From assembly GCA_963790305.1 (NCBI GenBank), contig CAWBOC010000005.1, positions 608,001 through 672,000 of the forward strand: DNA of 64,000 nucleotides, given 5' to 3'. The notes beneath the pieces were generated by a model. It worked only from the letters and a program-made list of their open reading frames with translations. It was not told where the DNA came from and did no database searches. The DNA is from an uncultured Gemmatimonadaceae bacterium (lineage in GTDB: Bacteria > Gemmatimonadota > Gemmatimonadetes > Gemmatimonadales > Gemmatimonadaceae). Numbering within the stretch: position 1 is the stretch's first letter; every line of letters starts with the position of its first letter. The position numbers and the translations under genes are program-made. Positions 49,198-62,800 of this stretch are shown piece by piece.

Positions 49198-49346
49198 TGC
49201 GACATCTCGCACCGTCTGCAGAAGTGGATCTGGGTCGCTCTATATAGAAAGGAGCGAGATCTCTCCCCGAGCTCTCGCCGGATCCGACGCAGACCGCGAA
49301 ATCCCGCACCAATCGCGAACTCTCGCGGCGATTCGCGAAAAATCAC
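49198..49346. promoter_or_regulatory. Cluster of GCGA-N4-TCGC enhancer-like sites
   Basis: TGCGACATCTCGCA at 49198; variants at 49254, 49296, 49315, 49335. Confidence 0.55.
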
Positions 49347-49428
49347 GCCCGCACGTTCTCGAGTGCAGCGCGCCGCAACTCCAACAGTACGACGCACTTT
49401 GCCCGTCTCACCACGCGCCGCCGGCGTT

Positions 49429-49444
49429 TGGCCCTCGTGATGCT
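49429..49444 (+). promoter_or_regulatory. sigma54 -24/-12 promoter
   Basis: TGGCCCTCGTGATGCT (GG-N10-GC). Confidence 0.6.
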
Positions 49445-49499
49445 TTTGCATGAGCCCGCGGTGACCGAACGGTCACGCGCCACCATCACGGAGGATCAC

Positions 49500-49880
49500 A
49501 TGAACACGCAAGCGCAGGAAACGACGGCGCACCTCCCGGTGGTGCGCAGCGACATACGGCCGACGCCCTTCAAGCCCCCTCGCTACTCGTACGGCTTCGC
49601 CGACCGCGCAGATGCCGCACAGGTCGCCGCGCTGGCGGGCCATTACCCACTTGAGCTGGTGCGGGACAGCCTGAGGCAGGGCAACGACGAGTGGATCATC
49701 GCCCGGCGCGGCGAGGCGATCGTCGCAGCGATTCACGTGCGAGCCGAGCCAGACTGGCGGGCGCACAAGATCCATGGACTCGTCGTCGCCGAACCACACC
49801 AGCGTTGCGGCCTGGAGCGGTATCTCACGCACCTCGCCGAGCTCTGGATTCAATCGATCAATCTTCCGGCCGCGGCCTAA
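49500..49880 (+). CDS. GNAT-like protein
   Basis: GGAGG RBS; IHGLVVAEPHQRCGLERYL resembles acetyl-CoA binding motif A. Confidence 0.6.
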   Translation: MNTQAQETTAHLPVVRSDIRPTPFKPPRYSYGFADRADAAQVAALAGHYPLELVRDSLRQGNDEWIIARRGEAIVAAIHVRAEPDWRAHKIHGLVVAEPHQRCGLERYLTHLAELWIQSINLPAAA

Positions 49881-49937
49881 CCAGTCGCGATCTACAACTA
49901 CCCGAGCGCTCACATGACATCACGCACGGAGGTTCGC

Positions 49938-51083
49938 ATGCTGCCCCGACTCTTTAGTGGATTGAAGGAAGCCGACGCGCGCGCCCTGGCGCTCGCAGCC
50001 CTGTTCTTCTCGGTAGCCGTCGCCGCCGGATGCTCGTCGCACGCGGAAGCGTCGGATGAGCAGCCGGTGACGGCGACCGCCGTCCGTGTTCGCTCCGCGG
50101 CCGCCGTGGAGCGACCGATGCTCGTCAATGCCAGTGGAACCGTCGACGCGAACACGACTGCCGACGTCGCGTTCCAGGTCAGTGGAAAGATCAGCCGCGT
50201 CGCCGTCGAGGAAGGTCAGCTCGTGCGCGCCGGGCAGCTGCTCGCCGCCGTCGATCCGACCGACTATCAGCTGTCGGCGCAGCAGGCCAACGCCAGCGCC
50301 GCTCAGGCGAAGGGCGAGTTCGAGCGCATGCGGCAGCTACATGAGAAGGGAAGCCTTGCCCCGAACGACTTCGCCAAGTTCCAGGCGGCGGCCGAGGTGG
50401 CGACGTCGAATGCGTCGCTGGCGCAGAAACGCCTTGGCGACACGCAACTCACCTCCCCGATCTCCGGCGTCGTCGCGCGACGCGGGGTCGAGCTCGGTGA
50501 GATGGCGTCACCCGGCATGCCGGCCTTTACGATCGTCGCTGTCGATCCGGTCGAGATCCGCGTCGGCATCCCGGAATCGCAGATCGGTCTGATCCGTCGC
50601 GGCGCGACGGCGACCATCGCCGTTCCGGCGCTGCCGGGTCCGATGTACACCGCCCGCGTCACGATGATTGGCGTCTCGGCTGACGCGGCATCGCGCACGT
50701 ATCCGGTGAAGATCGATGTACCGAACCCCGGCCAGAAGCTGCTGCCGGGCATGATCGCCGAAGCTCACATCAGCGGAAATCGCATTACGCGTGCGTTCAC
50801 CGTGCCCGGTGAGGCCGTCGTGCGCGATGCTGAAGGCGCCACGCTCGTGTTCATCTACTTCCCGGCTGAGAAGCGCGTCTACAGCCGCCGCGTTACCGTC
50901 GGTGCGCCAATCGATCGCGAGATCGAGATCACCGATGGCGTCGTGCCAGGCGAGCTCATCGTCATCGCTGGCCAGGACCGCCTCCGCGACGGCGCTGCCG
51001 TCGACGCGACGGTCGAGGAAGCACAGGCTGATTCCACGAAGACCGTCGTCCAGACCACCACCGCCGCAGGATCCGTCAGATGA
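49938..51083 (+). CDS. RND efflux periplasmic adaptor (lipoprotein)
   Basis: GGAGGT RBS, lipobox AAGC, VSGKI..V.VEEGQ.V, SPISGVV, LLPGM. Confidence 0.93.
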   Translation: MLPRLFSGLKEADARALALAALFFSVAVAAGCSSHAEASDEQPVTATAVRVRSAAAVERPMLVNASGTVDANTTADVAFQVSGKISRVAVEEGQLVRAGQLLAAVDPTDYQLSAQQANASAAQAKGEFERMRQLHEKGSLAPNDFAKFQAAAEVATSNASLAQKRLGDTQLTSPISGVVARRGVELGEMASPGMPAFTIVAVDPVEIRVGIPESQIGLIRRGATATIAVPALPGPMYTARVTMIGVSADAASRTYPVKIDVPNPGQKLLPGMIAEAHISGNRITRAFTVPGEAVVRDAEGATLVFIYFPAEKRVYSRRVTVGAPIDREIEITDGVVPGELIVIAGQDRLRDGAAVDATVEEAQADSTKTVVQTTTAAGSVR

Positions 51084-54000
51084 AAATCGTCAAGGATTCA
51101 CTCAAATATCCGGCGGTCACGCTGACGCTGATCGCGATGGTCGTCATCGCGGGCGCGCTGTCGCTGCTCAAGATGCCGCGTCGCGAGGACCCGCAGATCA
51201 CGATTCGTGCGGGCCTGGTGATGGCCTTCTATCCGGGCGCCACCGCCGAGCAGGTAGAGGCGCAGGTCACGCGCAAGATCGAGGAGCGGCTCTTCCGCTT
51301 CTCCGAGGTGAAGAAACGGAAGACCTTCTCCACCAGCCGCGATGGCATTGTCATCGTGCAGCTCGAGCTCGAGGACTGGGTCACGGACCCGGACCTGTTC
51401 TGGTCGAAGCTGCGGCACGACATGAACGAGCTGAAGAGTCGTGAGCTGCCGCAGGAAGTACAGGGAGTCACGGTCGATGGTGACTTCGGCGACACGGTTG
51501 CCCAGCTCATCGCCGTCTCCGGCGAGCGCTACGGCTACCGGGAGCTGAAGGACTACGTTGGCCGGATCGAGGACGCGCTGCGCGCCATTCCCGCCACCTC
51601 GAAGATCAAGCGGTATGGGGAGCAGCGAGAGCAGATCGAGGTCGCGACATCGTTGTCGCGGTTGTCACAGTATTCGCGTCACGCCGACGCAGATCATCTC
51701 GGCGCTTCGGCAACAGAACCTCGTTGAGTACGCGGGCAGCTTCGAGACGGAAGCGGGCGACGTGCCGCTCCAGACGTCGGGCCTGTTCCAGACGGAGGAT
51801 CAGCTGCGAGCGCGTGATGGTGGACGTGTCGAAGACGACGGGGCAGCCGGTGTATCTCGGTGACTTCACCGACGTGCGCCGCCGCTACGAGGATCCCTCG
51901 TCGTTCGTGCGCGTCGACGGCAAAGCCGCCGTCATGCTGTCGGTGGAGATGCAGGAAGGGAACAACATCGTGGAGTTCGGCGCGGCGGTGGAGGAAGCGC
52001 TCGCCGAAGTGAAGCGGACCTTCCCGCCGGATCTCAAGGTCACCCTGGTGGCGGATCAGCCGCGCGTCGTCGAGGAGCGGATCAGTCACTTCAATCGCGA
52101 GTTCGCGATCGCGATCGTGGCGGTCGTGCTCGTCACGATGCTGTTGCTGCCCTGGCGCGTGGCGACGATTGCCGCCGTCGCCATCCCGGTCACGATCGCG
52201 TGCACGTTCGCAGCGCTGGACTGGGTTGGCGTGGAGCTGCACCAGGTGTCGATCGCGGCGCTGATCGTCGTGCTCGGCATGGTCGTCGATGACGCCATCG
52301 TCATCGCCGACAACTACGTGGAGCTGCTCGATCATGGGTTGACGCGCGCCGAAGCGGCGTGGCGCAGCTCGAGCGACCTCGCGGCGCCGGTGCTCGCGGC
52401 AACGCTGACGATCATCGCATCGTTCGTCCCGCTCGCGTGGCTCTCCGGAACAACGGGTGAGTTCATTCGCGCACTGCCAATCACGGTTGCCGTGTCGCTC
52501 CTCTGCTCCTTCGTCGTGGCGATGGTGCTGACGCCGATCCTGGCGTACACCTTCATCAAGACGGGGCTACGGGCGCACCAGCCTGAGGGATACACACCGC
52601 ACGTGCAGCAGCCCCCGCGCACCTGGCTCGGGCGCGTTCGCGCCTTCAGGCCGCTCGACGCGATGGAGCGTGCCTACGACTGGGCGATTCGCATCGCCAT
52701 GCCGCGCAAGCGGCTGACGCTGTTGTCCGGCGTCGCGGCGTTTTTCGCCGGTCTCGTCATGTTGAGCTTCGTCGCCGACCAGTTCTTCCCGTTGGCTGAG
52801 CGCGACCAGTTCGTGATCGACGTCTGGATGAAAGAGGGCACGCGCATTGGTGCCACCGATGCCGCCGTTCGCAGCATCGAGGCGGAGCTCGAGCGCACCC
52901 CGAACGTGACCGAGGTTGCGTCGATCATCGGGGCCGGCGCGCCGCGGTTCTACTATGCGATCTCGCCCGAGATCTCGACGCCGTCGTACGCGCAGATCGT
53001 CGTCAACACGACGTCGCCGGAGATCACGCCGGAGATCGTGAAGGAGCTCAGTCACAAGCTGCCGGCTCTCGCGCCCGAAGCGCACATCATGGTGAAGGAG
53101 CTGCAGCAGGGCGCCACGTCGGCGGCACCCGTCGAAATCCGCATCACCAGCGAGGACATGGGAACGCTCAAGAAGGTGGGCGCCCAGATCCAGACGCTAT
53201 TCTACAACACGCCCGGCACGCGGGACATCACGACCGACTTCCGGAACGACACCTACCGCCTGGCGGTGAAGGTCAATCAGGAAGCGGCCAGTCGTGTCGG
53301 CCTGACGAGCGCCGGTATTTCACGGTTGCTCGCGGGTGGCTTCGAGGGGGCTCCCGTCTCGACGTTCTGGGAAGGAAGCCGCGCCGTGGACATCACCCTT
53401 CGCCTGGGCGAGAGCGAGCGGCAGCGCTTCGACGACATCTCCGCGGCGTACATCACGTCCGAGGTCACGGGCGCCCGCGTTCCGCTCAGTCAGGTGGCGA
53501 CGCTGACGCCGGTGTGGGAGCCAAGCCGGATCGTGCACCGCAACGGGTTGCGCACACTCACGGTTCGCACGTTCGCGCAGGAGGGATTCCTCCCGTCGCA
53601 GGTGCTGGCGACGATCCGCGCCACGACCGATACGCTCACGCTGCCCGAAGGCACGTCGATCGAATACGGTGGCGAGTACGAGAACCAGACGGACACGCAG
53701 GGCGAGATGTACATCGCCCTGATGATAAGCCTTGTCATGATCTTCCTGATTCTGCTGCTGCAGTTCCGGAACATTCGTATTCCGCTGGTCGTGATGGTCT
53801 CCATTCCGCTGGCCGTCGTCGGCGCAGCACTCGGCCTGTTGATGACCGGCAATCCGTTCAGCTTCACCGCGTTCCTCGGAGTGATCGGGCTCATGGGGCT
53901 CGTCGTCCGAAACGCGATCATCCTGGTGGACTACATGAATGAGCAGCTCGCGAAGGGGGTCGAAGTGGAGCAGGCGGCGATCGATGCGGGCCGTCGCCGG

Positions 54001-55614
54001 CTGCGGCCGATCTTCCTGACGACGATGGCCGCCGCCGCCGGCGTGCTGCCGATGATTCTGTCGGGCTCGAGCATGTGGTCGCCGCTCGCCAGCGTGCTGG
54101 CAATGGGACTCATTGTGTCGATGATTTTCACGCTGATCGTGGTGCCCGTGTTGTACGTCGTCGTCGAGGGCCGCCGTCACAAGAAGCCCGCGGCGCCGGC
54201 CCCGGTGAAGGCACCGCTATGGGAAGAGGAAGAAGAGGACGAGAACGCGGCGGTATTCACCGGCGCCCATCCGATGGTCAAGGTGACCCCCGTGCTCGCG
54301 ATCGCGTTAGGGATCGCCTTCTCGGTCTCGACTGCCTCGGCGCAGGAAGCGACCGGTCGCCTGACGCTGGAGGATGCCGTCGCGATTGCGCTTCAAAAGA
54401 ACAGCGGTGTGCGCGTGGCGCGCAGCCGCGCCGAGGAAGCCATGTATCGCACGCAGCAGTCGACACGCTCGATGCTGCCGTCGATCAGCGCGACCTTTCA
54501 GACGACGCAAAGCACCGCCAACGAGCGACTGGAGTTCGCGCGGGGCTCGCTGGGAGTGTTCGACGGGCAGCCGATTCCCAACGAGAACATCGCGATCGAG
54601 CAGGGCGGCAGCAGCTCGAGATACGGGACGCTGACGATCGCACAGCCTATCACGTCGCTGCTGAAGATTCGGGCGGCGCGTGACGTGGCCAAGGCGGAGG
54701 AGCGCTCGTTCACCGCTGAGGCTCGGAAGGCTGAGCTCGACGTCGCACTGGCCGTGGAGAAGGTGTACTACGGCCTGCTCGTGGCGCAGCATCGCCGGCA
54801 GGCGGCGGCGCTGCGAGTTGACGTCACCGAGGACGCGCTTCGTCACCGTGTCCGCAGCGTCGCGAACGGCACGCAGCTCCCCGTCGCGGAGCTCGAGGGA
54901 CGCACCGCGGCGCTGGATGCCCGGCAGAGCTTGCAGGCGGCCGAGGACGAGATTGCCGACTACGCGGCCACGCTCTCCGAGCTGTTAGGCGTGCCGGTCG
55001 ATCCCGCCGTGCAGTTGGTGACACCGGCGCGCGCGAACCTGGCCGACTCGGTCACGGTCGACGGCCTGATCGGACGGGCGATGGTAGACAACCCGGACGT
55101 GGCGGCGGCAGGTGAGATGGTGCGGCAGGCGGAAGGAGGGCTGCGAGCGAAGCGCGCGGCGTATATCCCCGACGTCGCGGTATATGGCACCGAGATGTAT
55201 CAGACAGCGGTGCCGTTGCTGGCCAAGAACAATTTCATGTTCGGGATCAAGGCCGAGTGGACGGTATTCGACTTCGGCAAGCGTGAGGCGAGCGTCGCCG
55301 AGTTGCGCGCGACAAAGCGAACGGCCGAGGAAAATCTGCAGCGCGTGCGGCGCGAGATCGCGACGGACATCGAGCAGGGACAGCGAAAGGTCGAGCGGGC
55401 TCGGCGCAGCGCAGTGCTGGCGGGAGAAGTTTTGACCCTTCGGCGCGAAGCGGCGCGGATCAAGATCGACCAGGTGGCGAGTGGGCTGATACTGGCCACC
55501 GAGGGTGCGGAGGCGGAGGCGGCTGTCGCGAGCGCGCAGGCCGATGCGCTCGCCGCGGAAGTTGGATACCGATTGGCGGTGGCTGAGCTCAAGAGAGCGG
55601 CTGGAATGCGGTAA
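51080..55614 (+). CDS. RND permease fused to TolC-like OMF (frameshifts ~51674, ~51810)
   Basis: PRREDP, GMVVDDAIV, RNAII, RRLRPIFLTT, then in frame LTLEDAVAIAL, WTVFDFG and OMF helices. Two single-base insertions join three ORF-track segments. Confidence 0.88.
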
Positions 55615-55640
55615 AACCCAGGGAGGTGATCACAGGCAGC

Positions 55641-55676
55641 GGGTGGGCGGCTTTCGGGCCGCCCACCCTTCATTTT
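55641..55676 (+). terminator. Intrinsic terminator of the efflux operon
   Basis: GGGTGGGCGGC-TTTCGG-GCCGCCCACCC followed by TTCATTTT. Confidence 0.75.
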
Positions 55677-55728
55677 CCTCTTGCGCGGCCGGAAACGAAT
55701 GCGAAATTGACGGTTACCCCCTCCTGGC

Positions 55729-57425
55729 GTGGCGATCGTGGACATCGATCGCGAGTTCGAGCAGCTTCCCAATCGCCCTCTCAACACCGAGGCGCGCACC
55801 GACCCGCCCAGCGGGGCCGTGCGTGTCCCTGCGCCCCGGGCGGACGCCGGCCCGGAGGGCGAGCCGCGCCTCGACACGTTACGCGCGGTCACGCGACACA
55901 TGGCCACCGCCGATCATCTCGACACCGTCCTCCAGTCGATCGTGACGGCGCTGGTGGAACGGGCCAATGGTCTGTTCTCGCGGCTCTTTTTGTACCTGTA
56001 CGACCACGAATGCGACATCTGCCGGGCGCGCATCAATGCCGGCCAGCAGGTCGCCTCGGACCAACGGTCGCTGCACCTTCTCGCGACGGCGGGACCGAGC
56101 CGCAATCCCAATGGTCCGCGGCATCGAATGCCGCTCGACGGTCCGCGTCTCGCCTCCGAGGTGATGCGAACGGGCACCCCGCTCCATCTGCCCGACGTCC
56201 GCCTCAATGAACGCGCAATGCAGGACTCGGTCATCAGCGAGCTCGTTCGTGACCGCGGAGCCGTGGGGATGGCCGGCTACCCGCTGACGTACCGCGGCGA
56301 GCGACTGGGTGTGGTGGGGTATGTCAGCCGCAACACGATCAGCGTCGAGGCGTTCGAGATGCTCGGCATCTTCGCCGATCAGGCGGCGATGGCGATCAAG
56401 AACGCGTTTCTATTTCGCGAGCTGGAGCGATACAAGGAACGGCTGCAGATCGAGAACGCGTATCTCGCCGAAGAGATTCGCGCCGACCGGGGATTCGAGG
56501 ACCTCGTCGGCGCGAGCCCCGCGCTGAAATCGGTGATTCGGCAGGTCAAGCAGGTGGCGCCCGTCGACACGACCGTTCTCCTGACGGGGGAGACGGGTAC
56601 GGGAAAGGAGCTGGTCGCGCGCGCGATCCACGGGCTGAGCCCGCGAAGCTCGCGGCCCCTCATCAAGATGAATTGCGGCGCCATCCCGCAGGGCCTGGTG
56701 GAGTCGGAGCTGTTCGGACACGAGCGCGGCGCGTTCACCGGAGCGCTGCAGCGCCGAATCGGGCGCTTCGAGCTGGCGGACAAGGGCACGCTGTTCATGG
56801 ACGAGGTGGGTGAGCTTCCACTCGATACGCAGATCAAGCTCCTTCGCGTGCTCCAGGAGCACGAGCTCGAGCGGGTGGGCGGCACTCGCGCCAATCAACG
56901 TCGACGTGCGTCTGGTCGCGGCCACCAACCGCGATCTCGACGCCGAGGTGACCGCCGGCAGGTTCCGCTCGGATCTCTACTTCCGGCTCAACGTCTTTCC
57001 GATTCACATCCCGCCGCTCCGGGAGCGGCCCGAGGACGTCCCACTGCTCGTCAGGCACTTCCTGGCGTACTTCCAGCGCAAGCTCGGGAAGCCGATCCAC
57101 GGACTGACCCCGGCCAGCCTCCCGGAGCTGAAGCGATATGCCTGGCCGGGAAACATCCGCGAGCTCCAGAACGTCGTCGAACGTGCCTGTGTGCTGGCGC
57201 GGACTCCCATCGTCGACGCGGCCGATGCATTGCGAATGTCCGGCGATGACGCTCGTGAGGTGGAGGAGCCGATCGTGACGCTGGAGGAGGCGGAGCGCGC
57301 GCTCGTCAGGCGGGCGCTGGCGGCGACCAATGGAAAGGTCCACGGCGAAGGGGGCGCGGCGGCACTCCTGGGGCTGAACGGGAACACGCTCCGCTCCCGA
57401 ATGCAAAAGCTCGGAATCGGGAAGC

Positions 57426-57436
<11 letters not shown>
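55729..57436 (+). CDS. GAF-AAA+-HTH sigma54 activator, FhlA-like (frameshift ~56890)
   Basis: [22 protein letters not shown]; the other frame continues [25 protein letters not shown]. Confidence 0.9.
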
Positions 57437-59075
<1,639 letters not shown>

Positions 59076-59077
59076 GG

Positions 59078-59160
59078 ACTGCGAGCTGCGAGCTGCGAGC
59101 TGCAAGGGGCAATCGCTTTCGTGGCTTTCCCTGCGGTCTTCGCAGTTCGCAGTTCGCAGT
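59078..59160. repeat. Hairpin element family C (GCGAGCT/TCGCAGT heptamers)
   Basis: (CTGCGAG)x3 ... (TTCGCAG)x3 directly after a stop codon. Confidence 0.8.
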
Positions 59161-59374
59161 TGCTTCTGTCGCCCATCTCACCGCGTCCCATCGTCAGTCC
59201 GCGAAATATCGCAACGACCGCTCTGCCCGCCGAGCACCTCCGCCGCGCGCGCAAGCTCTCAACACGTTGATAGAGCGCGCGTTGCGCGCGCATGCAAAAC
59301 TTCCCGAGAACGGTCTCGGCATTGCCTTCCAGCTTGGCGTTGAACGGCGATGACTTCGTTCCCGGAGAGTTCAG

Positions 59375-61198
59375 ATGGGCTCGTTCCACAACAACTCTGT
59401 CTTCCGCCACGCGACCGCGCTGCTGGCGCTTGGGGTGCGCCTCTATCTCGCGTTCGTCTGGCTTCGCTACGGCATCGGCAAGATCGAGACTGGATGGCTG
59501 ACGTCGAACCCGCTCAAGGGACTCATCGACGTCGTCGCGAAGGGCTACACGAACGCCTGGCTTCCGATCTACGAGCCACTCGCGCGCTGGGCGCTGGCGC
59601 TCGGGCTCGATGGCGCTCTCGCGGTCGCGTTCCCACTGACCGAGCTGGCAATCGGGCTGGCGCTCATCACCGGCGTCGCGCTTCGACCGGCGCTGCTCCT
59701 GGCCACGTTCATCAATCTCAATCTCGTGATGTCCGGACTGGCGCCCTGGGCGTTCGACGGTCGCGTCATCCTCCTGCAGCTCTTCGTGCTCGCGCTGGGC
59801 GCGACCGCGAATCGTTACGGATTGCGCTCAGTCGCGGCGAGGCTGCGTCGCGCTCCGATCGACGACAATTCCGGAGAATCGCGTAAGCACATCGTGATCG
59901 TCGGCGCGGGCTTCGCCGGCATGCAAGCGGCGCGCGTCCTTCGCAACGCGCCCGTCGACGTGACGGTTGTCGACCGGTCGAACCATCACCTGTTTCAGCC
60001 ACTGCTGTACCAGGTCGCAACTGCGATCGTGTCGCCGAGTGACATCGCGGTGCCGATTCGCTCGGCGCTGCGGAAGCAGTGGAATGCGACCACTCTCCTT
60101 GGCCGCGTCACCGACGTTCGGCTCGATGCGCGCACCGTCGTGCTCGAGGGTCGTAAGGAGCTGACGTACGATTTCCTGATCCTCGCCGCGGGCGCTCGTC
60201 ACTCGTACTTTGGGCACGAGGGATGGGAAGCATGCGCGCCCGGACTCAAGAGCCTCGACGATGCGTTGGAGATCCGCCGCCGCCTTCTGCTGGCGTTCGA
60301 GCGCGCGGAAATGACCGACGATGCGGAGACGCGTGCGATGGAGCAGACCATCGTGATCGTCGGCGGCGGTCCCACCGGCGTGGAGCTGGCGGGCGCGATT
60401 CCCGAGATGGTGCAGACGGCGCTCGCGTCCGATTTCCGGCGCGCCGACACCCGTCGCACCAGAATCGTGTTGATCGAGAGGGGACCTCGGCTCCTCCCGA
60501 CGCTGGATCCCAAGCTCTCGGCGCGCGCGCAGAAGGATCTTCAGGCGTTAGGTGTCGAGATTCGGACAGACACGGAGGTCACTCAGATCACGGAAGGCGC
60601 CGTGCACCTGGGCGACGAGCGAATCCCGACGCGGACCGTGATGTGGGCGGCAGGAAACGTGGCGAACCCGTTGGGTCGACTTCTCGATACTCCGGTCGAT
60701 CGCTCCGGTCGCGTCCGCGTCACGCCGTATCTGGCCCTTCCCAACTATCCCGAGGTCTTCGTCGCGGGTGACATGGCGGCCATCGCCAGCGGAGGGGTGT
60801 CGGTGCCGGCGGTCGCGACCGCGGCGAACCAGATGGGACGGACCGCGGCGCGAAACATCCTTGCGACCATCGCGCGCCGTCCGCGCAGACGCTTCGTGTA
60901 CCGAGACAAGGGGAGCCTGGCAATCATCAACCGCCGTGCGGCGGTTGCGCAGATCGGCCGTCTCCGGATTCGCGGCTCACTGGCCTCGGCGCTCTGGGGA
61001 CTCGTGCACCTCGCGCATCTCGTCAGCCATCGCAGTCGTATGCGTGTGTTCGCGGAGTGGGTGTATGCCCACGTGACTCACGATCGCGGCTACCGGCTGA
61101 TCACGGGCACGACTGGCTACCCGCTTCGCGAAGGCGGCCGGCCAATCCACAGCATCGACCACGACGGCGAGCGCGCCGCTGCGCGTCGTGGCGCATGA
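59375..61198 (+). CDS. DoxX/DoxD-like membrane domain fused to type II NADH dehydrogenase
   Basis: RLYLAFVWLRYGIGKI..GW, ELAIGLALITG; then GAGFAG, HLFQPLLYQVAT, GGGPTGVELAG, WAAG, AGD, YRDKGSLA. Confidence 0.88.
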   Translation: MGSFHNNSVFRHATALLALGVRLYLAFVWLRYGIGKIETGWLTSNPLKGLIDVVAKGYTNAWLPIYEPLARWALALGLDGALAVAFPLTELAIGLALITGVALRPALLLATFINLNLVMSGLAPWAFDGRVILLQLFVLALGATANRYGLRSVAARLRRAPIDDNSGESRKHIVIVGAGFAGMQAARVLRNAPVDVTVVDRSNHHLFQPLLYQVATAIVSPSDIAVPIRSALRKQWNATTLLGRVTDVRLDARTVVLEGRKELTYDFLILAAGARHSYFGHEGWEACAPGLKSLDDALEIRRRLLLAFERAEMTDDAETRAMEQTIVIVGGGPTGVELAGAIPEMVQTALASDFRRADTRRTRIVLIERGPRLLPTLDPKLSARAQKDLQALGVEIRTDTEVTQITEGAVHLGDERIPTRTVMWAAGNVANPLGRLLDTPVDRSGRVRVTPYLALPNYPEVFVAGDMAAIASGGVSVPAVATAANQMGRTAARNILATIARRPRRRFVYRDKGSLAIINRRAAVAQIGRLRIRGSLASALWGLVHLAHLVSHRSRMRVFAEWVYAHVTHDRGYRLITGTTGYPLREGGRPIHSIDHDGERAAARRGA

Positions 61199-61242
61199 GA
61201 ATCAGCGGCGCCCAATCACCTGACACACTGAGGACATAGATC

Positions 61243-61737
61243 ATGAAAGCCATATCGCTGCTCGCGCTCGCCGTTGGTGCTACACTGATGGGATGCGCTT
61301 CCACCCAGGTGACCACCGACTGGGACCGCAACACGCAGTTTGCCAGCTATCACACGTATGTCTGGATGGACACGCCGCGCATGCAGGCGATGCAGCAAGC
61401 CACGCTGTTCGATCGCCGGCTCCGCGCCGCGGTCGAGGAGCAGCTCGCGGCGAAGGGAATGCAGAAGTCCGACACCAACGGTGCTGCCGATCTGTTGATC
61501 GTCTATCACGCTGGAGTGCAGGACAAAGTCGATGTGCAGTCGTGGGGCTACTTCGGCCGCCGCGTCGACGTCCGCGAGTACCAACAAGGGATGCTCGTCA
61601 TCGATGTCGTGGATGCCAGGACGAGGTCGCTGGTCTGGCGCGCGACGGCGAAGGACGAGGTCGGGGACGCGGATCCGTCGAGCGAGAAGATTGCGAAGGC
61701 GGTGCAGAAGATGTTCGCGGGCTTTCCGCGGGCGTGA
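61243..61737 (+). CDS. DUF4136 lipoprotein
   Basis: Lipobox LMGC, FASYHTY, YQQGMLVIDVVDA, LVWRA, MFAGFP. Confidence 0.85.
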   Translation: MKAISLLALAVGATLMGCASTQVTTDWDRNTQFASYHTYVWMDTPRMQAMQQATLFDRRLRAAVEEQLAAKGMQKSDTNGAADLLIVYHAGVQDKVDVQSWGYFGRRVDVREYQQGMLVIDVVDARTRSLVWRATAKDEVGDADPSSEKIAKAVQKMFAGFPRA

Positions 61738-61763
61738 GCCTGTTCATCGCGTAACGAGCACTG

Positions 61764-61869
61764 ACTGCATAACCACAGAGGCACAGAGGACACAGAGGAA
61801 ACCCGCATTGCAAGAGCCTTTGCAGTGCGGGTTTCCTCTGTGTGCTCTGTGCCTCTGTGGTCATGCAGT
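61764..61869. repeat. Hairpin element family E
   Basis: ACTGCATAACCACAGAGG...CCTCTGTGGTCATGCAGT; contains the TetR stop codon. Confidence 0.92.
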
Positions 61870-62545
61870 TGGCTCGCGCGCCGCCTCGCGCGGCTCGCGC
61901 ACCGGCCCGATCGCCTCCACCAGACTCTCGATCGTCGCCTGCGCAGCCTGATCGCGGTCATGGCCCGTCACCCCCCCGTAGATCTCCGGCTCCGCGAACC
62001 AGAGCGCATGCGCGGCCACAGTCGCCAGCACTGTTCGGGCTGAAGCGCGCGCATCGTGAGTGCGGAGCTCGCCACGCGCGATGCCGCCCTGAATGATCCG
62101 CTCGAGTGCGCGAAGAGACCGCTCGAGCGTCTCCGTCACCTGGAAGACGGCCAGCTCGGGAAAACGCGGCAGCTCGCCAATCGACAGCCGCAGGACCTGC
62201 GTGAGCGCCGGGCGTCTCCATCATCGCCCAATAGCTGTTCGCGAACTCGCGAATCTGCTCGACAGCGCTGACGGGACCGCCATTCGTGTGCGCCAGCCTT
62301 TCATGAAGCGGCTCCATGCATCCGACCAGCGTGGAGCGCACCACCTCGCGAAAGATCTCATCCTTCGACGCGAAGTGACGCAGCAGCGTCGGCTTGGAGA
62401 TGCCGGCGCGCCGGGCCACCGACTCGAGGCGGGAGCCGGAGTAGCCGTTCTCCGAGAATTCGGCGAGCGCGGCGACGACAATACGCTCGGCGCGATCGTC
62501 GGCTACAGAGGCGCCCGCGGAGGGCGCGAAGTCGGAATCGTTCAC
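61861..62545 (-). CDS. TetR/AcrR regulator (frameshift ~62211)
   Basis: AALAEFSENGY, VARRAGISKPTL..HFASKDEIF; the other frame continues ELPRFPELA, GIARGEL. Confidence 0.85.
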
Positions 62546-62639
62546 AGGAATCTCATTTAGCGTGCGACAACAGAGGTCGCGTGAGCGGCGTGATCGTGAC
62601 GCCATGGCCGCCGGGGACACCGACGACGCGACCATACAA

Positions 62640-62655
62640 AGCAATGCCGTTGCCA
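62640..62655 (-). promoter_or_regulatory. sigma54 -24/-12 promoter upstream of tetR
   Basis: TGGCAACGGCATTGCT; enhancer-like sites at 62756-62769 and 62774-62787. Confidence 0.75.
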
Positions 62656-62800
62656 CACTTGGGTTGAGAGGCGCCCATTCTCGGAACCCGAAGCCGAGTA
62701 GGCACTTACGTGCCTGGTCTCGCATGAGCCCGCGCGACCTGACCTCTTGTGGAATTGCGGCATCTCACGACATTGGGAGATATCGCACTTCCGGTCGCAC

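Noticed and set aside
51660..51820. Programmed ribosomal frameshifting in the RND gene
   Set aside because: No slippery sequence; the pattern matches scattered single-base insertions elsewhere.
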